From positions 1 through 57,461 of the forward strand of contig JAHFOF010000003.1 of the NCBI GenBank assembly GCA_023266935.1: a stretch of DNA of 57,461 bases. Direction: 5' to 3'. Source of the stretch: a bacterium. GTDB taxonomy: Bacteria > Patescibacteriota > Minisyncoccia > Phycocordibacterales > Zambryskibacteraceae. Below are positions 8,646 to 21,000 of this stretch, piece by piece. The notes below the pieces were generated by a model that worked only from the letters and a program-made list of their open reading frames with translations, ran no database searches and was not told where the DNA came from. Each line of letters begins with the position of its first letter. The stretch's first letter is position 1. The position numbers and the translations under genes are program-made.

Positions 8646-9060
8646 ATTGTAGGTTAGAAGCCTCAATAATTTTGTTCGTACTTGGGCGAAAGAGGATGGC
8701 TTTCTTGGCCACAGAATAAATTATCACCTGGTCCCCCACTTCAGCATTCATAAAGAATGGTTGATACTTCACTTCTTCTAGATTCGTCACCGTTTTAATC
8801 ACCGGCTCTTCGTTCGTGGGTAAAATTATTTCTCCGCGTATTGCGTTTAAAATTTGCTCGGTCGTCGGAGCATTACTTTTAGTCTGATAGGCATTAAAAA
8901 TTTGTAACCCGAAAACAACCAGAAAATAAATGCTAATTAAAACAATAACCCAAATAAATATTTTTTTAAATGAAAATCTCCTTTTCTTTTTGGGAAAATT
9001 TTCTTCTCCAAAAGATTTTGGTCTAAGCACTAATGGTTGATTAAAATTTTGATTGTTCAT
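8644..9060 (-). CDS. small single-pass membrane protein, unknown function, translationally coupled to the giant ORF
   Basis: 138 aa with a basic N terminus (KKKRRFSFKK), one TM helix (IFIWVIVLISIYFLVVFGL) and an ~80-aa extracytoplasmic domain. Its ATG overlaps the giant ORF stop (TAATG at 9058-9062). Confidence 0.6.
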   Translation of the reverse strand: MNNQNFNQPLVLRPKSFGEENFPKKKRRFSFKKIFIWVIVLISIYFLVVFGLQIFNAYQTKSNAPTTEQILNAIRGEIILPTNEEPVIKTVTNLEEVKYQPFFMNAEVGDQVIIYSVAKKAILFRPSTNKIIEASNLQ

Positions 9061-12000
9061 TAGATTGTTGGGTTAGCTTGCCCTGAGTCGGTCGAAGTGG
9101 TCGTCGAAGCCGAAGTATCCACAGTGCCCGGTGTACTCGAAGATGTGTCTGTTGATGGTGTAGTGGTGCTTGTATCTACTGGAGGGGTTGGGGTGGTAGG
9201 AGTTGTATCCACAGGAACATTATAAACTGCAGCTCCCGGATAAGTCTGACAATCTCCTGCAGTAGTCACCGCTTGACCGTTCACCACCTTCATACAATAC
9301 GGTGCACCGTTCACTTGGTCATACACAGTGATGCCTGTTGGTTTCTCTTTCGTCCCTACAGATAGAGCATATGTGCTAAGGCTCTCTACAGCAAGTTGTT
9401 TAAAGTGAGTGACCCCATCTACTATAGACGCACCCATCGCAGTCAAAGTATCTGCGATGATGCTTGGTGAAGTAGAAGCAGTAGCCACAAATCCAGTAGA
9501 TGAAGCGAACATTTGTTCTAGTGTTGAGAGTCTTGTTTCAAGAGCGATAACTCGATCAGTAGTCGAAGCCATCGTAGTTGAAGCATCGTTGAACCAAGCC
9601 AACATGTCAGAGTTAGAAATGCTTGGTGTAGTTGATGCCTGACCACAAACATCTCCGACAGATACTTCTCCATTATCAGAAATGCAGAGGAACTTATCAC
9701 CCGCTTTTGTTTCTGGAAGTCCGAAGAAAGTGATCGCTCCATCCACGGTCAAAGCTGAATCTGCATTCGGAGTTGAAGTCCCAAATGCCACTTGTCCTTC
9801 GACAATCAATCCATTCTCTGGAGCAAGGAGGTTGAAATCCGAACCAATGGATACTCCTCCAGCCACTACGAGTTTATTGAGCGGAGTAGTGGTGCCCATG
9901 CCTATGCCCACGTTGCCTTTGTTCAAAAGATTTTCTAAATCTGTAACTCGCAAATCCAAATCGTTCCAAGCGTTTGCTAAAATCGGAGCGAAGTCCAAAT
10001 AGTTCACTTGCAAAAATCCATCTGCACCAGTAGTGACCAATTCTGGTACTACTGACTGAACGTCTTGAGCGATGAACCCGATGTGGTTAGCCATGGTCTC
10101 ATCATTCTTCCAACTAAAGTTGACTCCTCGAAGTCTGCGTAGAATTTCTGTTGAACTCGCGATGGTGCTAATGTTTGTTTTTAACCTCGCATCAGAGGTA
10201 CAAGTAAGGGCTGTGTTGGTTGGATTAATTGTACAAGTGCCACCACCTATAACACTAAAGCCTGCCACAGAACCGTTTACACTGCTTACATGAAGGGTAT
10301 AAAGCGGATTGTTTGTCCCAATACCCACTTGGGGGCTACCATCTACGCTTGTGCCTGTTGAATTAATAACCAAAGCTTGTTTCTGGTAGTAAAAAGCATT
10401 CGGATCCATCGTTTGAAGGATCAAGTTCTCAGAATATGGTCCAGGTCCTGCTCCATCAGTGTGATACCTGACTAGGAACGAGCTCGAGTCTATGGCCAAA
10501 AAATCAGAAAGTGAATTAAAGTCCGTTATGGTTGAACTGTTTGCATATACAGTTTGTTCGCTAGAAATACCGACCACACCAGAAGATGATACATTTATCA
10601 CTCTGTTTTTTGTCCCACTATTAAACAAAAGATGGGTACTATCTAAAGCACTTAACCTCCACGGATTAGTAGAATATCCTCCAATAGAACTAGTAGTCGT
10701 GGAAGTAACAGACAAGTTAGTACTACTTACCCCGACGTATGAAATTAATGCATTGTTGTTACTTGAGTAATCTGAAGCGATGAAGAGAGTGCCGGGCAAT
10801 GGAGAAGCGATAGCCAATTTTGTGCTTGTTGCCGTCGCATAATTTTCTAAACTACCAAGACTAATACTGCTACCATTTACTCCTCCGATGATAACTTTGC
10901 CTTGAGCTTGAGTAGGGTTACCGCTTGTCTCGTTATAAACCAAAGCAAACTGTGTAGTGGTGCCATTTATGGCAGTCATGGCCATGTCAGCCACATTTAT
11001 ATTTGAAGCTACTGTAACCGGATTGCCGAATGAATTAATAGTGGTTCCGGTATATTGAACTGTCCTTGCGGTCACTGATGTAGCGCTCCCCGAAGGCAAA
11101 CCATAGCTGACTACAAACTGTCCTGCTGAAGCAGCTGCTATTCCCACAACAGGAACAGCACTATATCCTCCAGCAAAACTAATAGAGCTACCGCACGAAG
11201 GAGTGATCACAGAAATAGTACACACAGCCACATCAACCCAATAAACACTAGCAATACTTTTAGTATTTATAAGAGCTACCGTGTTTGCATCGAGAACTGC
11301 GATAGCTGATGGAGACCAAGAGACTGTGCTTGTGGCTGCTACATAAACTCCAGATGGTCCGTACGACAAAGAAGACCCGCTTTTCTGACCCACCCTGACT
11401 TGGTAACCAGAGCCATTTTGAGCGGTAAACAAAATGTGTCGTGTGCTGTCTAACTTCGCAGACATGTTGCTCCAGACAGTTTGGTTACCGTATTGCATAC
11501 CCGGGAAGATAATCGAAGCAGTACTTGGATCAAACGTCTGATTCGCATATGTGGTATCAGCAGTCCTTACTTTAAAAATTTGATCAGTCGAAGTAAAACC
11601 GGCAAGGAATGATGTGTTGGTAAGTGGAGTTAAGCCGAGTATGGTTGATCCGGCAGATTGTTCTCCTCCAATTGAAACTAGTGTAGTAGAAGAAACACCG
11701 AGAATCCTAAAATTGGAGCCGTACCCGACAGCAATATTAGAACCATCGAGGAAAGCAGACGAAACTGTGGCGCTATAAACAGTAGAAAGTGATGCCACGG
11801 TTGAAGTTGCTACTGTAGAAGTGCCTGTAACCGTCACTAGCATTGCATCCAATGAAACATTGCTATTATGAACAAAGTTAATAAAAGAAGTATCAGAAAG
11901 AGGTTGCGCAGATCCTATATAAGAACTGTTGGCCGCGTTTGTTGCATATGGAGTACCACAAGTCAAAACTCCGCCAGAAAAGTTTACAATAACAACTGAT

Positions 12001-15000
12001 TCCCACGGTGCAGCAGAATAAAAGTGAATCGCAGCCCTAGTTGTTGTAGCTGAAAACAACATTATCCCAGGATTAGTAGCAGAATAACTTGGAACACTTC
12101 TAACCGCATTTTGAGTCCCAAGAGAAATGGTTGTCCCAGAAGTGGTTGAGAGTCTGACATCTATTCCTCCCGCGGTATAGTCAGTATAAGTCGCAAGGAA
12201 ACTTCCTCCGCCAACCGACTTCACATCAACTGTTACTGGTTGAGCAAATGTACCCATGGTAACTGGTGTGCCACAAGAAGTAACTGTCGTTGCATTATAG
12301 TTACAAACCACAGCCTTTACACCCCATGATGAGTAGTTGTAAACAACAATAATTCTTGTGGAGTCCAATACGTCAACAGCAAAGTTAGCATAAGTTCCCC
12401 CGTAGAAATTTGCATCCACCGTAGCCATAGAAAAGGCAGGATAAAACAGAACATTTGTCCCATCAGTTTTACCCATATAAATACTTCCTATGGTATATGA
12501 AAGTACGGTAGTTGAGCTTATGGCGATAGGAATCGCACCGCCGTTTGCAGAAACACCACTTGACCAACTTGGACTAAGGGCAAAAACATTTAAACTCGAT
12601 GGAGTGGTGCTGACTCCATAAAACCTCGAGTTCCCTGCTACATCCAAATCAAACAATGGTTGAGTAACTCCTATACCCACATTGCCATTCTGGGCAAAGG
12701 TGACTGTCTGCGTCCCTGCAGCATTCGCTTGGTTATTGAAAGCCAAGCTACCGCTGTTGTCTGCAGACAACGACCAAGTGGATGTCCCTATATTTTGTGT
12801 CCCAACCCAAGATTGATTCCAACGTTGAGCTGATGTGCCTAGATTATAAGTAAGGTTTGCATCAGGAATAATGTCTCGAGCAGTAGTAGTCCCTACAACA
12901 ACTAATTTTGTGTTTGGAGTAGTCGAACCGATGCCAACATTACCATCATCTCTAACTAACAATGCTGAAGTTCCATTTGAGTTTGCAACATTTAATCCAG
13001 TCGTAGCAGAAGTGGCTCCAGAGCTCTGGATAGATAATTTAGAAAGTGGAGATGACGTACCTATACCAACTCTTGCGAGCGAAAGGTCGATGTCGAGAGT
13101 ATCGTTTCCACCATTCGCTCCTGTAAAGTGCATAACCTTTCCACTTGTTGTTCGATCATTACTAAACAATTGAAGAAAGAAATCCTGGCCAACTAAACTG
13201 GCAGAAATCAATCTAAGAGATCCACCACTTCCTCCAGCTGAGTCGCTAAAGAATGCCGCTGGTATCCCTGTTGTTTGATAAACATCAAGCATTGCAAACG
13301 GTGTGGTTGTGCTTATACCAACCCTGCCTGTTGAGGTGATTCGCATTCCTTCTCCGACTGTCCCAGAACTGTTGCTGGTGCTGAATTGTAGATAACCAGA
13401 ATAGTTTCCATTTGTGCCGTTTTCTTTTCTTCCTGCAATAGTGGCGAAAGGATTCGCTGCATCAGTACCGTTTGTATTCCCTGAAAAATGAAGTTGAGAT
13501 CCTATATCTATTCCTTGAGAATCTGTTGATATCAAGGTCAATGCTGATGACGAATCCCCAACATTTATACCAGCAGAAGCTTTCGCAATCGTAAGTAAAG
13601 CTGATGGTGTCGTAGTACTTATTCCAACATTGCCACTTCCATCAATCGTCATCTTTGTAGCTGAGTTGATTTGGAAATAAAGAGGATTTGATCGTCTCGA
13701 ATCTATTTTATTGTTTGCTGTTGAGCCAGTAATAACCAAGTCTTGTATTCCTCCGGTTGCAATTTGCAAACCAGTTGAAGCAACAGAATCAAGAACGAGC
13801 TGACTTGCTGGTGTGGTCGTACCTATACCCAAATTCCCAGAGGCCAACATAGTAACTAGAGGAACAAATGTCTGATTATCAGCACTCGCGCTTGCAACAT
13901 TTCCAAACTGCATTCCTCCTGCGACATTAGAAAGAATAATCGATGCTTGAATACCGTTTGTTTTAAAAGTATTAATGTTGGTGCCTGCTGAACCGTTGAA
14001 AGCAAGATAAGGAGTTCCTGCAGAATAATAATATCCAAGAGTGCTTCCGTAGCCAGAAGCATTCGCATGGCCCCATTCGAAACTATTTGAATTGTTAGCT
14101 ATATTACCTCCTCGAGCAGAAATGATTGAATTAAATTGGCTTGTGACTCCATTCACACCAACAACGTCTAATTTGGCTACAGGTGCAACTGTCCCAATAC
14201 CCACGTTACCTGAATTAGTAATGATGAAATTAGTTGCAGTAGAAGAACCAACCACGAATTGATTTGAAGCGAGTCCTGCGGTTGGGTTCACTGCAAATGT
14301 GGCGAATGGAGTAGTAGAACCTATGCCAACATTGCCGCTACCTTGAATATACATAAGAGGTGCTGGTGTTGAACCACCGACAAAAGCAAATCCTCCACCT
14401 GTTGAATCTGAGCGAGTTTGAAAAATGAGCGTTTGCGCCGCTAGTCCTGAAAATACATTTGATGTTTTATAAATATAAGAATCTGCCGATGATGTGACAA
14501 AAGCGCTTGCAGTATAATTACCAAATTGTAATGTGTTGGCAACACCTGTGGTGTCGTTCAAATTGCCGTATGGACTAACAACTAAGTTTGACCCAATAAC
14601 CCTCCCCACAACTTCGAGTGGCGAGTGCGGACCCGTCGTCCCGATGCCAACATTTCCACCAAGTGGTTGTAGTGATAATGCATATGTTGACCCATCATTT
14701 GTTGCATGACGATGCTGTATCCATGCGGTGAACGGGCTATTCTGCATACTTCCAAAAACCAAATCCGTTCCTGAACCTGATTGCATGGAAAACATAGCCG
14801 CTGTCCCATGAGTCAAAGAAGGATCGCTGTATGATGTTGTGCCAACAAGTTGTAATTTTGAAGAAGGAACAGCGGCTCCTATTCCAACATTACCACCTGA
14901 TGTCACATTAAATAACACACTTGAATCATTGTTTATTTGGAAACTATCGGCTGAACTTTTGTTGATAATAGTTAAAGGTACACCTTGTGTAGAACCAGCA

Positions 15001-18000
15001 TTTGTTTTGTTTATAATCAAACCATCACCATCTGCAGTTATATGAATATATGCTGTGGCAGTCCTCGAAGAAGCGTTGAGTGTCCCTGCTACGGGTCCAC
15101 TCCTTCCTGTTTTGTCATAAATAAACAATCCATTATTTGATGTTGAGTTTCCCTCAAGAGATAGATATTGGCCAACTGAAGTGTTAGAAGAATTCGCAAC
15201 AGCAAGAATCCCAACCGGTGAAGTTGTGCCTATTCCGACATTTCCTCCGAGAGGATTCAAAGCAATGGGATAATAAACACCATTAGCATTACTATCTTTT
15301 TGTTGAATCCAAGTTGTATAAGGGGATGCATTCAACATTCCTACTGAAAGGGTTGTGCCTGCATTACTGTGAATTTTAAATATTGAGCTATCTCCAATAG
15401 ACCCATTGTTGCTACTTGGAGCCGCAGCAGACAAACCATAAATAGATAACACGGAAGATGGTGTCGTTGTGCCTATACCCACATTTCCAGAAGTATCAAT
15501 GGTCATTCGATCATTAGCATTTGTACCTATTCTAAGTGGAACATTATTGAGAGTCCCAAATTTGCCGTACGTACCTGAATCAAAACCTCCTAGATACATC
15601 TGTACATTTCCATCATTTGTAGTTAAACCTCGGCCAAATATTGATAATGTTTCTGCGTGGCCACCAAATAAAGTTCCTGGAGTAGTGGTGCCTATCCCCA
15701 CATTCCCCGCTGCTGTAATTCTCATTTGTTCAGTTAAGGCTGCGGCTCCACCAGAATTTTGAGTGTAGAAAAGCAAATCACCAGAATAATTCCCCGCTGT
15801 GGCAGAACTCTTTACTCCTTGAATGGCGGCAAAGTTGTATGGGGTGGTCGCATTGTTTGTTTGTCCACCGAACATCATCACTGGACCAACTCCCACTCCA
15901 GCCGTCGCAGATGATTCGAGTCTTAATTGTGGAGTATACCCAGTAGTAGCTGTAGGCACCGCACCATTTGCCCCGAGTATATGCAAAGTCCCGCTTGGGG
16001 TTGATGTGCCTATCCCAACACTACCAGCACTCGTGATTCTTAATCGTTCAGTGCTGATATTTGAAGCAGCAGTCATGAATGCGAGTTCGGCTACTCCTCC
16101 CCACGAACCAGACTGTGTATCAATCGCTGCGATGCCTGCACCAGAGTTTGGAGAAGCAGTAGAATTTGTATCTGTGTGGAAGACAATACCAGTCGCACCG
16201 TTCCTCACTCCAACTTGTGCGCGTACAGCCATGGTTGCCCATGAATTTAAATTGGCTGCATTAAATGCGACTGATGCAGTGGTCGTTGCGTTCACCTGAA
16301 GAACTCGAACTGCAGTTTGAGTATTTATTCCTACCAAACCATTTCCATCAATTCTCATCCTTTCAGATACATCGGCCCCTCCATCTGTTTTTGTTTGGAA
16401 TAGTAACTGACCTCCGTTTGTACCCTGAACAACGCTTTGTATGTTACTTAATCTTTGGGTAAGTGCATTTGTATAAAAGTTTATAGATGGAGCAGAACTC
16501 CCCGCAATACCAAGAGTGTCCGAGTTGTTGTCAGCGATGAGAACTGCATTGGTTTGTGTACGAGCAGTAGCCGTGGCTCCCACATGGAGCTTGCTCACAG
16601 GTGCTGGTTGGCCCACACCCACGTTTCCACTAGAGATAACTGTTAATCCTTTGGCTGTATCAAATGTCGTTCCACCGACTGATGCGGATGGCCCAATAAA
16701 TAACCCATTATCTACTTCTTGTTCAGCGATTTCATAATTATTTTTTGTTGGAGAAGCAGCCCCATCTATAAATAACAATCTTCTATATTGACCAGAGTCA
16801 GAAGTAATTCTAATACTTGATTCACTGGCTCCGGATGAAGACACTTCTAATTTGGATTGTGGACTCGTTGTACCTATACCCACTCTACCAGTAGGAGTTA
16901 TCCTCATTCTTTCAGTTGTGCCGTTTGAACCGAAAATCAAAGTACTGGTCGCATAAAGTTCCAAACTATTTGCATCTGAAGAAATTCCCCCCGCAGTAGT
17001 ACCCGCATATCTAAAGGTGAGCAAATCTCCCGTCCCACCGAATCTGTTGAACTCACCCGGAGCAGCATTGTTGGCTGACACTTCGAAGTGACCGTTCGAA
17101 TTGTTATACCCCATGCCTCTTTGGGTATCACCGAATCCGCTTGATGGATTCACCACCGTGTTACCGAACCAAATATTTCCACTGTCTAATATAGTAAAGT
17201 TCGGAACGTCACTATTGTTTGTTGTTTGGAATGTCACTCCTGTCGTTGCTCCAACTCCAGCAACAGAAAGTCGTGCATATGGAGTAGTAGAAGCGATACC
17301 CACATTGCCTCCAGACAAAACCATTCTGATTGTTCCTGAATTTGGTTGTTGTTCAGAAATTCTCAAATCTGAATTTGTTGGAGTCGCAGTATTGGTAACA
17401 TTATAGAAAATATAACCCGGCTGACCAGATGAACCACCTGAGAGTGAGCTGTTTGTAAGTTTGAATCCGTTTGCATTCGAAGCAGCGAGGACGTCCAACT
17501 TGGCAGCAGGACTGGTTGTGCCTACACCAACACTTCCATTTGTAAGGATGGTCACAACATCTGTGCCTGCGAAGTTTCCTCCATTGTTAAATACGAAGGC
17601 AGAGTTGCTTCCTCTTTGACCAAACGTCCATTCGTTTACTCCACCAATGTATGCAGAATATATAGCATTGTTACCAGTAGTATTTGATGATCTGATTTGA
17701 CCGAAGACATCGAGTTTTGAAGAAGGAGAAGTCGTTCCCACACCTACATTGCCGTTGTTTCCTTGAACCAATAAAGCGCTTTTACCAATATTTGTGTTGG
17801 CATTAGATGAGTATTGTATATAAAGAGTACTCCCTACTCCTCCTGATGTGTAGTGATTTATTTCATTGTTGCTAGTAAGGTCTGTGTATTCAGCTGTTCC
17901 GTTGTGCCAGAACCTTGATGCTCCATTATAAACTTCAAGTTTCGCTGTTGGAGTGGTAGTGCCTATCCCAACATTTCCATTGCCATCTATAACCATTCTG

Positions 18001-21000
18001 GAAATATTGCCTGTACCAAAATCCATCGTTGTCGCTATATAAGGAGATTTGGCTGATCGATAATAATCAATATAACCAGATCTCTCCCCGAGTTCTGTAC
18101 CAAAATTTATTGAAGATATAGCAGAACTACGAGAAAGTATGGAGATACTCGATGTCCCATTCGCTGCGCCATTGTTTGCAAACACTGCGACGGTCGATGA
18201 AGCGATGCCTCCGGGTGGTTCTGAATATGTACTCCCCACTACGGTTAGTTTGGCTGTAGGTAGAGTGCTGTTTATACCTACATTTCCTGTTGGAGAAAGG
18301 ATGATGTGCCCAGTGCCTCCGGTGGTGGTGACGGTCAAATTCTGATCGTTGTGAGTAATAGTTGCTTTGTTACTTGCGAGCAATCCTGCACCAAACAAAC
18401 TAAGGATTCCATTTATATTCGTCGCTCCGTTTACAGCCAAGGTAGCGTTCGGAGCATTTGTAGCTATGCCCAATCTGTTGTTCGTATCATCGAAGAAAAA
18501 ATTCGCGTTGTCCTGAATAATCGCTCCGCCTGTCCCAACAAATGGAACTGAACCGAGGGTTAATCTGGTGATGGCGAAGTTGGTAGTAGTAGAATTTGTT
18601 CCCGTCGCGTTTGTAAATGCGAGCCATGGGAAGGTGTTGCTAATGGTAGTAGAGGTAGAAGTGAAATAATCCGCACGAACATCTTGATCGAATATTCCTC
18701 GACCAGCGACGCTTAGTGATGCATATGGTGAAGAGGTGCCGATGCCTACATTTCCTGTGGATGTGATTCTCATTCTTTCAGCCAATGATGAACCGTCTTG
18801 TGTCCCAAATCTTAAATATCCAGTACTTGCTGTATCTTGTCCTGCACCGATTTGAGTAAGAATTTTCTCAACTCCACTGCCGTCGTAAGCATGACTTTCC
18901 AAAGTATAAATTCCTCGACTGCTTGAGAAGTTTGTTGCTAATAAAGTTACATATTGAGGACTGGCAGTATTGTATTGAGAAATATTTCCTGTTAGACTCA
19001 AAAAACTTCCAACCGTATCTGTGCCTGGTGTAGTAGTGGCGATGCCAACCCTTCCATTACTATCAATCGTCATCCTCGCGACGTTGTTTGTAGCAAACTG
19101 AATCGGATACGCACCTTGTCTAGAAATAAGTGCGGCGCTAGGCAACGATCCTCCACCGGTTATCAATGAAGCTGCTCCAGATCCTTCAACTCCGAAATAA
19201 GCTTCGTTTGTAGTGTTGTTCGATGCGCGGTATCGAGTGATAGCATACGATGTGCCAACATCCAAGACATTTATTGTTGGTGATGCACCAGCCACATCAA
19301 GTTTTGTGGCGGGAGTGGTTGTCCCTATCCCAACATTTCCCCCGAAATACGAGATGCCAGAAGATACATATAACGATGAAGTTATCGGTCCTGCAGGTGC
19401 TGTACCTATGAGAACTCCGATTTTATTATTCGAACCGTTTGTAGGTAAAGCGAACAAGGCAGAATACTGATTCGTCACCGTCGCACTCGCACCCTTCGCA
19501 CTCAGAGCATTCACTTTGATGCCGTACAAATTTGTAAGGGTGCCAGCGACGTTTGTTACAGCGAGGTCGATGATGTCGAGCCCTGCTGCAGAAACTGCTG
19601 TCCCACCAGATGGTGGGTTCACATAACTATTTACTGTATTAAATGCTGCCACTCCACCGTTGGCTGGATTGACTCTAAAGTTTGTTAGATCTATGCCTTG
19701 AGTAAACGCAGAATTATTTACACCAGCAGTATAAAGTGCATACGTCGCTGGTGCAGCACCTATACCTATCCTACCCGTTGAATCTACTTGAAGATTGTTG
19801 CTTACAGAGAAAAGTGATGCTGGAGCATTCGTACCTACTCCCACTCTTCCACCAGTCGCTGCGAGCATAGAATTTCCAGAGACATACAAAGTGGAAGATG
19901 TGGCATTAGTACCAGTAGCATTTACAAAAGTGAAATTTTGGAGAGTAGTAGAACCCAATGCTAAATAATTGGTCCCATAAATTGTTCCATCTACTTCAAG
20001 ATCTCCAGCGATAAATCCTGAACGATAATAATTTGTTGACGCGATGTCTGATGGTGATGTTGAACCAACATGAAGAAGAGTCGATGGATTGGTTGTGCCG
20101 AGGCCGACGTTACCTGCTGCTTTTATGGTCACGTTTGGTATGCCCGAAGAAACATTTGGTTGAAGATAAAGGTCTCTCCATGCAGATGAATCCGAAGCAG
20201 CGATGATGCCGTAGTTGTTTGTAGTGTCATATCCAAAACTAATTCTTTGGGCACCGTCTGTACTGCCTGTCACACTAAATTGAGTGAGGTTGGCTCCTGA
20301 GATTCCCCCAGCAACAGCTCCTATCGCAACATCTTTCGCCACCTGAAGTTTAGATGCAGGACTTGTTGTCCCGATTCCAACATTTCCAGAAGTATCTGCG
20401 GTTAATACACTTGATGTTCCTCTAAGAAGTCTCCATCTACCTGAACCATCATTCCCCATTTCCCAAACTGTACCTCCATTCGTACTATTAAGAGTGATAG
20501 ATGGAGCAGTACCCCCAAGACTCAAAACTTGAGAGAATCCATTCAAAGAAGCTGGTGTGGTAGTGCCAATACCAACATTGCCATTATTATCAATTCTCAT
20601 TCTTTCTGTTATCGATCCGCCATTTGTGGTCACGGTTGAAAAGGCGATTGTTCCTGAATCATTTCCACTACTTCCTCTTTGGAATGAAATCCTTGATGAG
20701 GGAACTTGTTGAGTACCAAGTCCGTTGACCGCATCAATTCTAGAGAAAGCAAAATCTTGTGTACCTGTCTGACCAACCAACTCAACAGCAGTTGGGTCAC
20801 CTACTGTTTGAGTTGAGACAGTTAATGCTCGTCCGGTCGTCCCTATATAATTCGGACTTGTTGTACCAACACCAACATTTCCATTACGATCAATTCCTAA
20901 ACCAGTGACTGAAGCATTCGATGAATTTCTTGGTCTAAAAATAAATCCTTGTGAAGCGACTGTCCCATCAATAGCCAAATCTCCTCCCACCGAACCTCCC

